A DNA stretch of 64,000 nt from Desulfobacterales bacterium. Lineage in GTDB: Bacteria > Desulfobacterota > Desulfobacteria > Desulfobacterales > G963662235. The translations under genes were made by a program, and so were the position numbers. Every line of letters begins with the position of its first letter. Position 1 is the stretch's first letter. Location: contig OY759308.1 in NCBI GenBank assembly GCA_963662235.1, positions 2,043,545-2,107,544 of the forward strand, in the 5' to 3' direction. The notes under the pieces are model-generated. The model did not search any database. It saw only the letters and a program-made list of their open reading frames with translations, and was not told the origin of the DNA. Positions 42,032 through 51,748 of the stretch are shown here, piece by piece.

Positions 42032-42664
42032 TTAAATCTCCAATATCTCTTCTATACTCTTTAAACTATTTATATGATAGTTCGATTTTAGCTCTCTATT
42101 ATTAAAAGCTACAAAAGCTACTTCAGCATTAAAAGCAGCTCTTTCATCTAAAAAAGAGTCTCCAATAAAAACAGCTTCTTTGGGGCTCAATTTGAAACTA
42201 TCTAAAACTTTTAAAAGAGGGTCAGGGGCAGGTTTAGGGTTTTCGACATCGTCTGCAGTTATAGTCAAATCGAACAAGTTTTCAAGATTATGCTCTTTTA
42301 AAACTTCTGGCATAGTATCACTGCGATTGGTTGCTATAGCTGTTTTGATACTTTTTTTCCTTATCTTTTTTAAAATAGATATGAGGTCTGGTTCTATAGG
42401 CATCTCTTTAATTAAAGCGTACTTATCTTTTTCTATCTCCTTTTTATACTCTAAAACCTCTTTTATATTTTCACCCTTAAAAAGATAGTATAAAGATTCC
42501 GATACAGTATGCATTTGAGAATAATCGGCTTCTTCTTTGGTCATCTCTCTTTTATTGAAATGCTTTAAAATTAAATTATAATACTTTGCATTTACTCCTC
42601 TTGTTTCAAACATTACGCCGTCACAATCGAATATAACTGCCTTTATATTATTAAGTTTCTGCAT
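42032..42664 (-). CDS. HAD-superfamily hydrolase (phosphoglycolate phosphatase-like)
   Basis: Motif I VIFDCDGVMFET, motif II IATNRS, motif III/IV KP..GDSFLDERAA. The ATG at 42664 is preferred because the track start at 42727 overlaps the upstream gene. Confidence 0.8.
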   Translation of the reverse strand: MQKLNNIKAVIFDCDGVMFETRGVNAKYYNLILKHFNKREMTKEEADYSQMHTVSESLYYLFKGENIKEVLEYKKEIEKDKYALIKEMPIEPDLISILKKIRKKSIKTAIATNRSDTMPEVLKEHNLENLFDLTITADDVENPKPAPDPLLKVLDSFKLSPKEAVFIGDSFLDERAAFNAEVAFVAFNNRELKSNYHINSLKSIEEILEI

Positions 42665-42677
42665 ATTAAAAAAAAAA

Positions 42678-43439
42678 TTAATCCTCTTTAGGTTTACTAA
42701 ATATATTACCCCAAACTCTAAGCTCAATTAGTGGCATAATTTCACTATCTGTCTCTATAATTAATTTTTCATAATATCTGCCAACTTTTTTAGCTCTATT
42801 TTTAATGACAACATAGCAAGATTTAACTCCCAACTCTTTTTCCCAATCTATCTTCTCACTTTTTTTATCTGGGACTGCAAGCAAACTATCTTCCCTTACT
42901 GTATTATCAATCATAACATCTATATTGTTACCGGGTTTCGCACTAATTTTCTTAACGTTAAAAACATATTCTGCTTCAGGAGTTATTTTTATAACTTGAG
43001 ATATCTCCTGCCCTACAGCGCCTATTAATCTTATCCTCGCAGGAGTAACACTATAAACTTTTTTTACTTTACCAAATATTTTAATAAAAAGTTTATTTTC
43101 GTCATTCGATTTAATTTCGATATTATGAGTTACTGTATTCCCACCTTCATAGCTTGTATCGACTTTTATGCCTATCTCTCCAACTTCTCCCGGCATAATA
43201 TTCTTTGAATAATTAGCGGTCATACATCCACATCCTGTAATTACTTCATAAATAATTAAAGGTGCTTTCCCTTTATTGACAATGATAAACTTTTTTTCGA
43301 CCAAACTCCCTTCCGGCACTGCTTCAAATTGATATTCAGTTTCAGGTAAAAAAGCTTTAGGTTTTTTCTGCAAATCTTCTGCAAACGCAAAAGAGACCAT
43401 TGAATAAAAAAACAAAAAAATAAGTGATATTTTCTTCAT
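42678..43439 (-). CDS. DUF1573 domain protein (secreted)
   Basis: Signal peptide; NKGKAPLIIYEVITGCGCMTANYSKNIMPGEVGEIGIKV matches the DUF1573 signature (..CGCT..PG..G.I). Confidence 0.6.
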   Translation of the reverse strand: MKKISLIFLFFYSMVSFAFAEDLQKKPKAFLPETEYQFEAVPEGSLVEKKFIIVNKGKAPLIIYEVITGCGCMTANYSKNIMPGEVGEIGIKVDTSYEGGNTVTHNIEIKSNDENKLFIKIFGKVKKVYSVTPARIRLIGAVGQEISQVIKITPEAEYVFNVKKISAKPGNNIDVMIDNTVREDSLLAVPDKKSEKIDWEKELGVKSCYVVIKNRAKKVGRYYEKLIIETDSEIMPLIELRVWGNIFSKPKED

Positions 43440-43629
43440 AACTATTATAAACCTTAATATTTAAATTGAGTTTCCTTTTTGTCTAATACTAAAAAATTAC
43501 TCTAAATTTTTTAGAAAAACTTTTCTTTAAAAACAATTAAAAAATCCTTTACAATAAAAGTGTTTGCACAATACTTAATTTTTTATACAAAAAATTCATT
43601 TTTAGTACAAAAATAAATAAAAAAAACTT

Positions 43630-45177
43630 ATGAAACACAAAACCTATATTATCCTTTTTTTCTTAATCTTTTTTACTCTTAAAAATATAACGCCTGTATA
43701 TTCTGGAGTTTCACAAGAAGAATTAATTTTTTTACCAATTAAAACAGAAACTTTAGATAAATTTGAAAAAGAATTTTATGAGGCTGTTTTTATAGAATCC
43801 CTTGCTAAAAAAAACACTGTTTATTCTGGACCCAAGGTGTTGGAAAAAATAGATAAGATAGGTAGTTCTAAACAAATATGTACAAGTAAAGACTGTTTAA
43901 GACAAGTCGCATTAGAGTTTAATGGATCACTTATAGGACAAGCTAAAATAGAAAAAGATAACCAAAATTTGTATACGATATCGTTTATAGTTAAAGATAT
44001 TTTTGAAGACAAAACTATATACAGTAAAACCTCCTTTTGTGATAATTGTAATAAGGCAGATATCTCACAAAAAATAAAAACACTATTTTTAAAAGAAGAG
44101 GAAAACGTTGATGCAGGAGTGTTAAATATAGAAACTGAACCTCAAAAAGCTATAATTACAATCTTTTCTAAAAACAAAGAAGTAAAAACAGAAATTTCAC
44201 CTTCCCTAATAAAGCTTAGACCTGACAATTATAAAGTTATTATAAAAAAAAACAAATACATCCCTTATGAGCAAGAAGTCCTTATCGAAAAAGGTAAAAT
44301 GAAAAATATAACTATTGAGCTAAAACAAATATTAGGGCGAATTTTAATAATTTCCGACGAAGACGGCGCTGATGTTTTTATAAATGGCGAAAAAAAAGGC
44401 ACAACACCTTATAAAACAAAAGAATTACCAGCAGGTGAATACGAAATAAAAGCACAAACTAAAAACAAATATGGCTATGAAAAAGTATTATTAGAAAAAA
44501 ATGGCGAAACCCAAAAGATACAAATTAAGCTAAAATCTAAAAAAGAAAAAATAATAAAAAAAGAGAGAAAGGATAGTGATTTTAATTTTAATTTTGGGAT
44601 AAATGGCAGACTTGATTTTTCTTATGATTTTGTAAAAACTGGGGATGAAAGAGAGCTTATAACACCATTTGGTACAGATTTAAGAATGTTTGTAGGACAA
44701 AAAAATGGAATCAATATCGGAATAGGTTACTTCATCGGAAGAGCTACTTACGACAAAATAAATACCAATCTTAGTTCTAATGAGTATGTTAGTGAAGGCG
44801 ATATAGATAAAAAAGAGATTAATTTTTATCTTGGCAAACATATCCAAAATAAAAACAATAGTTTTTATTGGTACCTATCGTACACAAATGAAGAACTTAC
44901 AGGCAAATACAAAATTGAAAACTCTAATATCAGAGATGAATATGAAACTGAAGTCAAAGGAGCAGGCATAGGAATAGGTTTTTGGACAGTATTGAATCAA
45001 AAAAGTTGTTTAGGTCAAAGTCTCTCTTACGGAGTAGATCTTAAATATTTAAAATATGAATATGAAAAATTTAAATACAAAAGCAAAAATTCATCAGAAG
45101 AACACAATATAGATATTAGTAATGAAGATGAACAAAATATTTTTGTATTAAGTATATTTACAGGAATTGCATTTTAA
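43630..45177 (+). CDS. Outer-membrane protein: FlgO/TolB-N-like N-domain + two PEGA domains + C-terminal beta-barrel-like region
   Basis: Signal peptide; PEGA-like segments (NIETEPQKAIITIF..., DGADVFINGEKKGTTPYKTKELPAGEYEIKA..GYE); C-terminal alternating aromatic pattern ending ...FTGIAF. Confidence 0.6.
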   Translation: MKHKTYIILFFLIFFTLKNITPVYSGVSQEELIFLPIKTETLDKFEKEFYEAVFIESLAKKNTVYSGPKVLEKIDKIGSSKQICTSKDCLRQVALEFNGSLIGQAKIEKDNQNLYTISFIVKDIFEDKTIYSKTSFCDNCNKADISQKIKTLFLKEEENVDAGVLNIETEPQKAIITIFSKNKEVKTEISPSLIKLRPDNYKVIIKKNKYIPYEQEVLIEKGKMKNITIELKQILGRILIISDEDGADVFINGEKKGTTPYKTKELPAGEYEIKAQTKNKYGYEKVLLEKNGETQKIQIKLKSKKEKIIKKERKDSDFNFNFGINGRLDFSYDFVKTGDERELITPFGTDLRMFVGQKNGINIGIGYFIGRATYDKINTNLSSNEYVSEGDIDKKEINFYLGKHIQNKNNSFYWYLSYTNEELTGKYKIENSNIRDEYETEVKGAGIGIGFWTVLNQKSCLGQSLSYGVDLKYLKYEYEKFKYKSKNSSEEHNIDISNEDEQNIFVLSIFTGIAF

Positions 45178-45180
45178 ACA

Positions 45181-46212
45181 ATGAAAATACTAAAAAGATT
45201 AAAAATATTATTTATTGTTTTTTTAATGTTTAATTTTAGCTGTGCTAAACAAACTATTTTTAAAAATAAGTGCAATGTAACTCAAAAAAAACCTAAATGG
45301 GCAAACAGCACTAATATGATAGAAATTCCTGGCTATTATGTCGGTGTTGGATATGCCGAAAATAAAAAATTTGAAGAGGCAAAATCAAAAGCTATAAGGA
45401 ACCTTTCAGAAAAAATATCTGCGGATATAAAAAGTGAAGGGGAAATATCGGAAGAACAAAAGTTAAATAGTTCTTTTAAAAAAGAAGCAAAATTTAAAAT
45501 AAATATAAGCTCCAATATTAAGCTTTATGATTTAAAACAAGATTCACAATGGATAGATGAAAACTGCAATGTTTGGGTAAGATTTAAAATAGAAAAAAAC
45601 ATTGCTCACAATATATTAAAATTTCAAGAAGCTGAAGATTTATATAAAATCGCAAAAGAGTCAAAAAATGGTTTAGAGACAAGAATAAGCAGCATTAAAA
45701 AAGCTTTAAATATTATTGAAACAATAGATTTTTCAACTCTTAGAACAAATAATAAAAAAAAATTTTACATAACGATTTATAGGAATCTAAAAGAAGATTT
45801 AGAGAAAATAATACAGGGAAGAGAAGTTGTATATTTTGTAAAATCACCTAATGAATCATTCAATAACTTATCAGAAGCTTTAATAGCTAAACTCATAAAC
45901 GATAATAAAGGTGGTTTATACGAAAAAAAAAACAACTGCGAAAAAATTGAAACTTGTTTTTTAATTGCAAGAGAAAATCTGGCAAAAAAAATGGTTATAG
46001 TTAAGATAGATTCTAAGATAAAGGATGACGGTATGCTTTGTATGGGCATTCTAAATATAGACATATATCCATACGATGTTAAAAGCGAAAAAATATTAAA
46101 AAAACCTTTTAATATAAATCGCAAACTTTTTTCTTATAACAAAAACTCTTTTAACTGGGAAAATACAATTAAAGAAGAGTTAACAAAAGAAGATGTTTTA
46201 TACACTTATTAA
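45181..46212 (+). CDS. LPP20/FlgP-like putative lipoprotein
   Basis: Signal sequence ending ..FNFSC; YYVGVGYAENKKFEEAKSKAIRNLSEKISADIKSEG resembles the LPP20 family; starts 3 nt after the upstream stop. Confidence 0.45.
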   Translation: MKILKRLKILFIVFLMFNFSCAKQTIFKNKCNVTQKKPKWANSTNMIEIPGYYVGVGYAENKKFEEAKSKAIRNLSEKISADIKSEGEISEEQKLNSSFKKEAKFKINISSNIKLYDLKQDSQWIDENCNVWVRFKIEKNIAHNILKFQEAEDLYKIAKESKNGLETRISSIKKALNIIETIDFSTLRTNNKKKFYITIYRNLKEDLEKIIQGREVVYFVKSPNESFNNLSEALIAKLINDNKGGLYEKKNNCEKIETCFLIARENLAKKMVIVKIDSKIKDDGMLCMGILNIDIYPYDVKSEKILKKPFNINRKLFSYNKNSFNWENTIKEELTKEDVLYTY

Positions 46213-46214
46213 AA

Positions 46215-46742
46215 ATGAAAAAAATAATATTTATAATAGCCATTTTTGCTTTAAGCAATTCATCCTGTGACAGCGGTTCATCAGCTGAAGATATAGCGCA
46301 AAATAACCCTGAAATTGGAACAACTAACAGCACTTATGCAACTGCTCTTGATAATTCGAATCTTACTTTTTCGTCAACTTCAGGGAATAATGCCAATTGG
46401 TGCACAACAACATCTCAATATTACGCAGGAGGAAGCTCATTAAGAAGTGGTTTAATTGGAAACTCTCAAACAAGCTGTATCCAAACAACAATTCCAAGAG
46501 CAGGAACTTTTAGCTTTTATTGGAAAGTCTCTTCCGAAAACTCTCGTGATTATTTGAAATTTTATTATAACAATTCTGTTCAAAATACTATTTCAGGAAC
46601 AACAAGTTGGGCACAAAAAACATATAATTATACGGGTTCTTATGCCGCCACATTAAAATGGTGTTATATTAAAGATTCTTCAATATCTCAAGGGAGTGAT
46701 GCTGGCTGGATTGATGATGTTCAGTTTACTGCTTCTAATTAA
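46215..46742 (+). CDS. Small secreted/lipo-protein with a jelly-roll (CUB/MAM-like) domain pattern
   Basis: Signal sequence ending ..SNSSC; ...GTFSFYWKVSSENSRDYLKFYYNN...WAQKTYNY..ATLKWCYIKDSSISQGSDAGWIDDVQF. Confidence 0.4.
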   Translation: MKKIIFIIAIFALSNSSCDSGSSAEDIAQNNPEIGTTNSTYATALDNSNLTFSSTSGNNANWCTTTSQYYAGGSSLRSGLIGNSQTSCIQTTIPRAGTFSFYWKVSSENSRDYLKFYYNNSVQNTISGTTSWAQKTYNYTGSYAATLKWCYIKDSSISQGSDAGWIDDVQFTASN

Positions 46743-46750
46743 ATAAGTTT

Positions 46751-47635
46751 CTAAAAATCGTATGGAGTTAGGCTTTCGAAGCCATTTTTTGTTACAAGAA
46801 GAGTTTGTTCAAATTGTGCTGAAAGAGAGCCATCTTTTGTTACAGCTGTCCAATTATCTTCTTTTATTATTACATCTTTTTTACCTAAATTAATCATAGG
46901 CTCTATGGTAAAAACCATATTTTCTACAAGCTTTATATCGTTTACGTTTGAAGCAAAGTGAACAACTTGTGGAGCTTCGTGAAAATCGAAACCCACTCCA
47001 TGCCCTACAAATTCTCTTACAACTGAACAGTTCTGACCTTTTGCATATTTTTCTATCTGTTTACCTATATCATTAACCATTGCGTTTTCTTTTACAGCTT
47101 CCATACCTATCTTTAAACACTCTCTTGACACATCAACTATTTTTTTTGCTTCTCTGCCCGGTTTCCCTACAAAAAAAGTTTTATTAGCATCAGCATAATA
47201 TCCATTCAATATAGGCGTTACATCTACGTTAACGATATCACCATCTTTTAATATTTCATCTCCTGGAATACCATGACAAATAACACTATTTACAGAAACA
47301 CATACACTTTTAGGAAAACCCTTGTAACCTAAAGGAGCACAAATTGCACCATTTTTAACTGTTAAATTATGGACTAAATCGTTTATCTCAATAGTTTTCA
47401 TACCTACATAAAGATTTTGCTCTACAAGGCGTAAACATTCGATTGCAAGCTTGCCCGCTTCCTTTATCCCTTCAATATCTTTTTTGCTTTTAAGTCTTAT
47501 GTTATAATTTCTTAAATAACGCTCTTTAACATCTTCATAACTGTTTTTTATCGATTTATTGAGACAGCATTTTTTATATTTTAAACCACTTCCACAAGGA
47601 CAAGGGGAGTTACGACCAATTTTGTTTACTATCAT
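46751..47635 (-). CDS. map: Type I methionine aminopeptidase with N-terminal SEC-C zinc-finger motif
   Basis: GRNSPCPCGSGLKYKKCC (SEC-C) followed by the MetAP core (VCHGIP, DIVNVDVT, FVGHGVG, EPM, EQT). Confidence 0.9.
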   Translation of the reverse strand: MIVNKIGRNSPCPCGSGLKYKKCCLNKSIKNSYEDVKERYLRNYNIRLKSKKDIEGIKEAGKLAIECLRLVEQNLYVGMKTIEINDLVHNLTVKNGAICAPLGYKGFPKSVCVSVNSVICHGIPGDEILKDGDIVNVDVTPILNGYYADANKTFFVGKPGREAKKIVDVSRECLKIGMEAVKENAMVNDIGKQIEKYAKGQNCSVVREFVGHGVGFDFHEAPQVVHFASNVNDIKLVENMVFTIEPMINLGKKDVIIKEDNWTAVTKDGSLSAQFEQTLLVTKNGFESLTPYDF

Positions 47636-47649
47636 AAGAAAAATATACT

Positions 47650-48162
47650 TTACTGTTTTTTATAAGATTTTAAAAATCTTATACATCTTTTAAGATTAGG
47701 CTTACTTAAAGCCACATCTCCATACAAAAATAAAACGCCATAAATACTATCCAATTTATCATCTATATTGCGACCTGTTTTTGACCAATAAAAATTACAC
47801 ATACTATTTGGGAAAGCCTCACTATTTATTGCTGGGAAAACACAATTGGGCGATATGATAGAAGAAAGTTCTTCAATCGTTGGCAATCGCCATTTTGCAT
47901 GCGACAATATCTTTTTTAATTCGTACCAATCCAACATAATAGGTTCACCTATGCATTTACCATTCTTATACTCTTGTCCAAAAGAACATTTTTGCCACAT
48001 AACATTAAGTTGCATATCACTCACAGTCCCATCTTGATTATCGATAAAACGTGTTTTCATCTCTTCTGCATTTTGTATTTTGCACCTTTTTAATTGATCT
48101 GAATAAGAAAAGTCATACAAAAATAAAATTACAGTTATTATTAGTAATGTTCTTTTAATCAT
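47650..48162 (-). CDS. DUF1566 (Lcl C-terminal-like) domain protein, secreted
   Basis: Signal peptide; ...NQDGTVSDMQLNVMWQKC...WRLPTIEELSSI matches the DUF1566 pattern. Confidence 0.6.
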   Translation of the reverse strand: MIKRTLLIITVILFLYDFSYSDQLKRCKIQNAEEMKTRFIDNQDGTVSDMQLNVMWQKCSFGQEYKNGKCIGEPIMLDWYELKKILSHAKWRLPTIEELSSIISPNCVFPAINSEAFPNSMCNFYWSKTGRNIDDKLDSIYGVLFLYGDVALSKPNLKRCIRFLKSYKKQ

Positions 48163-48179
48163 AATTGCTTACAATGGAA

Positions 48180-49604
48180 CTATGTATAAATATTTTTTAG
48201 ATAATTTTCTAAATTAGTTATAGATGCTTTCTGTTTTTCGTTTAATTCAATATTTTGTTTAATATCTTCTATCTCTTGAAAAGCTTTATCTTTCGTAAAC
48301 CTACTTTCACCCTTATAATCTTTAATATCTTTTGACTTTATATAGTTTATAAATTTATTAAACTCATTTTTTATGTTTTCGTTTAAACTCTCTTCATAAT
48401 TTCTTCCAAGAATACGTAGAACAAGAGATTTTAAATTTGGATTTTGAAACTCTTTTAAAACTTCCTGCTTTAAACTCGGCTTTGCTTGATGAAACTTTTT
48501 TATGTTATTTGCCTCTTTTTTAAAAATTGAATAAAAATTCAAGCTTTTTTCGTATAGCAGGGCATCTAAATCTAAGTTTGGAATCGCCTCATATTCATAC
48601 TCTAAATAGTAATTAACAATTTTTTCAAATAACTTTCTATTATCTAATATCCATTGTTTATTTTTACTTACAAGAGCCTGCCTCTCTTTAGAAATAGAAT
48701 CTAAAAATCTCGTTTTAGGATATAAAATTATTTCAGCATCTCCTATCTTTTTTCTTATAACATATAAACTATCTTTAAAATTACTCTCTTTTACTTCTTC
48801 TAAGTTTTCAATATCAAGTCTTAAACAAATCATTTGATTTTTATAAGCAAAAGATTTTCCAAGTAACAATACAGGAGCTTTATATCTGCTTTCATACCCA
48901 ATTCTATGCGAATGCAAAAGACCATACTTGTAATTTTTATTATCCATAGAAATAAAAACAGGAAGCTCTTCCATTCGCTCTATATCAATTTTTTTTTTGA
49001 AAAATGCTTCTATATAGTCCCAAGTCTCTTTATGATGATAAAATTTTCTTGCTATCTCAAGTGTAAGTTCTACATCAACCATAGCATCGTGAGTAGCTTT
49101 TTTCGTAAAATTATTAACTTCATTTAAGGAATCGAGTGAAAAACTGTTTTTAGTCCCATCAACACTATTCCAATTTAAAACATCATTTTTATATAAAAAA
49201 TAGAAAACGACAAACGGAAGCAAGTCCATTCTATAACTACCATTAGAATATTGGTGAGAATATGGGTCTAAAAGGTTTCTATAGAAACAAAATCTTATAA
49301 ATTCATCATCAAAAGCAAGAGAGTTGTAACCTATATTTATTCTATTCGGTTTATTAAAAAGAGTATAGATTTTTTTAATAGCCTCATATTCACAAAGACC
49401 ATCTTCGCTGTTTTTAATAGGAAGATTGTGTGTTAAAGCAGCATAAGGAGAAGGAATTATATCTTTTCTTAAATTTACTTTAATATTAAATCTTTCTATT
49501 TCATTTAACTTATCATCAACTAATATTGCTGCAAATTGTAAAATCTGATCAAAGGAGGGGTTTAGACCTGTGGTTTCTATATCATAAAAAAGGTATTCTT
49601 TCAT
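48180..49604 (-). CDS. sbcB: Exodeoxyribonuclease I
   Basis: 474 aa; DEDD exonuclease motifs (FYDIETTGLNPSFDQILQFAAI, YNSLAFDDEF, HDAMVDV) with an ExoI-type C-terminal extension. Confidence 0.8.
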   Translation of the reverse strand: MKEYLFYDIETTGLNPSFDQILQFAAILVDDKLNEIERFNIKVNLRKDIIPSPYAALTHNLPIKNSEDGLCEYEAIKKIYTLFNKPNRINIGYNSLAFDDEFIRFCFYRNLLDPYSHQYSNGSYRMDLLPFVVFYFLYKNDVLNWNSVDGTKNSFSLDSLNEVNNFTKKATHDAMVDVELTLEIARKFYHHKETWDYIEAFFKKKIDIERMEELPVFISMDNKNYKYGLLHSHRIGYESRYKAPVLLLGKSFAYKNQMICLRLDIENLEEVKESNFKDSLYVIRKKIGDAEIILYPKTRFLDSISKERQALVSKNKQWILDNRKLFEKIVNYYLEYEYEAIPNLDLDALLYEKSLNFYSIFKKEANNIKKFHQAKPSLKQEVLKEFQNPNLKSLVLRILGRNYEESLNENIKNEFNKFINYIKSKDIKDYKGESRFTKDKAFQEIEDIKQNIELNEKQKASITNLENYLKNIYT

Positions 49605-49625
49605 TAATAATAAGAAATGATTAAG

Positions 49626-49746
49626 AGACCTTTACACATACACATAGTTTTTTTATGAAAAAAGAGTGGTTTTGAAAAAATATTAACTTTTAGTAATTTT
49701 ACAAAAATCTCTAAAAACTCTAATATAGAGCCATATGTAAAGGTCT
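49626..49746 (+). mobile_element. Full copy (K, 121 bp) of the repeat family
   Basis: agacctttacacata...catatgtaaaggtct; flanks TGATTAAG (49618-49625) / TGATTAAA (49747-49754), 7/8 identical; outer end 21 nt from the sbcB ATG. Confidence 0.9.
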
Positions 49747-49830
49747 TGATTAAATTAAGAGCTTTTTTACTACAAAGAAAGTAAAAAAAGCAGTAAGTTA
49801 AAAAAAAATTTAATATAAAAAAATTGAATT

Positions 49831-50226
49831 TTATCTTTTTGAGAATTGGAATTTTGCTCTTGCTTTTCTTTGACCATATTTTTTTCTCTCTTTAACTCTA
49901 TCGTCTCTTTTAATTAAACCAGCTTTTTTAAGAGGAGAGCGTAAATTTTCGTCAAATTCAATAAGAGCTTTTGCTATACCAAGACTTACAGCATTTGCTT
50001 GTCCAATGATACCGCCTCCGAATGTAGATACATTAACATCAACTTTATTGATATTTTCTGTTATACTAAGAGGAGTTGTAATAATTTTTTGCATAGTGAT
50101 AGTTGGAAAATATTCTTTAATATCTTTTTTGTTAACAGTAATTTTTCCTACGCCACTACCAATCCAAGTTTTTGCAACAGCACTTTTTCTCTTACCTGTT
50201 GCATAAAATGTGTTTTTTTTTGCCAT
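49831..50226 (-). CDS. rpsI: 30S ribosomal protein S9
   Basis: 131 aa ending ...RKARAKFQFSKR. Confidence 0.95.
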   Translation of the reverse strand: MAKKNTFYATGKRKSAVAKTWIGSGVGKITVNKKDIKEYFPTITMQKIITTPLSITENINKVDVNVSTFGGGIIGQANAVSLGIAKALIEFDENLRSPLKKAGLIKRDDRVKERKKYGQRKARAKFQFSKR

Positions 50227-50266
50227 TATAAATAAGTATCTCCAAAAAAATTCTTTATACTAAATT

Positions 50267-50707
50267 TTAATTTATTGTTATTAATTCTGGGTTTTGTGGT
50301 TGATGTGGATGCTCTTCACCAACATAAACTTTTAATTTTTTATTTAATTTTCTACCAAGCGTGTTTTTAGGTAACATTCCTTGAACAGCAAAATATATCA
50401 AACTTTCAGGGCTTTTTGCATGAAGTTTTTCGGCTGTAATCTCTTTAAGTCCACCCATATAGCCACTATGTCTATAATAGATTTTATTCTTCCACTTTCT
50501 GCCTGTAAGTTTTATTTTATCTGCATTGATAACTACTATTGAATCGCCTGTGTCATTATGACTTGTATATTCTACTTTATGCTTGCCGAGTATCATTTTT
50601 GCTATAAAACTTGCAAGCCTACCTAAAACAAGCCCATCTGCATCTATCAAATACCAATTGTTTGGTACTTCTTCTCTTTTTTTACTGATTGTAAATTTTG
50701 TAAACAT
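50267..50707 (-). CDS. rplM: 50S ribosomal protein L13
   Basis: ...WYLIDADGLVLGRLASFIAKMILGKHK.... The ATG at 50707 is preferred; the track start at 50728 is a TTG. Confidence 0.95.
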   Translation of the reverse strand: MFTKFTISKKREEVPNNWYLIDADGLVLGRLASFIAKMILGKHKVEYTSHNDTGDSIVVINADKIKLTGRKWKNKIYYRHSGYMGGLKEITAEKLHAKSPESLIYFAVQGMLPKNTLGRKLNKKLKVYVGEEHPHQPQNPELITIN

Positions 50708-50736
50708 AATTAAATATTTAAACTCCAACTTATATG

Positions 50737-50809
50737 AGACCTTTGCACATAATGTTTTTTATGAAAAAATAGTGGGTTTTTTGTGAAAAAATATTATATG
50801 CAAAGATCT
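50737..50809 (+). mobile_element. Short-form copy (L, 73 bp) of the repeat family
   Basis: agacctttgcacataatgttttttatgaaaaaatagtggg...tatatgcaaagatct; flanks CTTATATG / CTTATTTT (6/8); 29 nt upstream of the rplM ATG. Confidence 0.85.
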
Positions 50810-50833
50810 CTTATTTTTATAAAACCCTACTTT

Positions 50834-51748
50834 CTATGTTAAATTACATTTGAATGTCAAGCTATCTATTCGTTTTTCTAAAATTTTATCGTAAGAAAAG
50901 TTTTTTAATTTTAAAAAGTCTATCGTATCGTCTTGCAGTGCATCTTGCGGTATTAGACCAACAATCTCGCTACTAATAATTTCTACCCTACTTTTTTGAG
51001 CCTCTTTTTGTATAATTTTAAAAACATCTAAAAGGGAAGTTTTTTTATAATTTGTAAGGTTCATCGAAATTTGAGAAATATTCCTAAGAGGCAATTTGAG
51101 CCCTATCGCTTTACAAAAAGGCAAGCCACCACTTGAAAAACGAATTTTTTTTGCTATTTTTTTTGCCACTTCAAACGCACTTATTTTTAAGTTTACGTTA
51201 AAAGCAATTAAAGGTGCCCTAACACCCACAGCAGTTATTCCAGCAGTAGGATGAAGTTTTTTACCAAAATCGGGTATAAACTCTTTTTGCTTAATCTTAT
51301 CTTGCATATTTTCAAACTCTCCACGCCTTAAATCTGCTAAATTAACTCTTCCCTTCTTGATAGATGAATATTCGTATAAAAAAATTGGAAGATTATAAAG
51401 TTTGAAAATTTTTTGTCCTAAAATTTTGGAAAATTCTACCGCTTCTTTACGTGTAATGTTTTTTATAGGCACAAAAGGTAGGACATCAATAACGCCCATT
51501 CGAGGGTGAATACCTTTGTGTTTGTTTAAATCAATTAACTCAATAGCTTTTTTAATAAATTTTAATATTATTTTTTCTATCTCATTAATCTCGCCTACTA
51601 TAGTAAAAACAGTCCTGTTATGATCTGCATCACAATCTATATTGAGTAATTTAACAAGATTACTCTCTTTAAAAACTTCTGCTATTTTATCTATTTTTTC
51701 TTTATCCCTACCTTCACTTATGTTAGGGATAGTTTCAATCAGTTTCAT
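50834..51748 (-). CDS. Glutamate formimidoyltransferase
   Basis: 304 aa; IPNISEGRD, DADHNRTVFT, GIHPRMGVIDVLPFVP. Confidence 0.75.
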   Translation of the reverse strand: MKLIETIPNISEGRDKEKIDKIAEVFKESNLVKLLNIDCDADHNRTVFTIVGEINEIEKIILKFIKKAIELIDLNKHKGIHPRMGVIDVLPFVPIKNITRKEAVEFSKILGQKIFKLYNLPIFLYEYSSIKKGRVNLADLRRGEFENMQDKIKQKEFIPDFGKKLHPTAGITAVGVRAPLIAFNVNLKISAFEVAKKIAKKIRFSSGGLPFCKAIGLKLPLRNISQISMNLTNYKKTSLLDVFKIIQKEAQKSRVEIISSEIVGLIPQDALQDDTIDFLKLKNFSYDKILEKRIDSLTFKCNLT

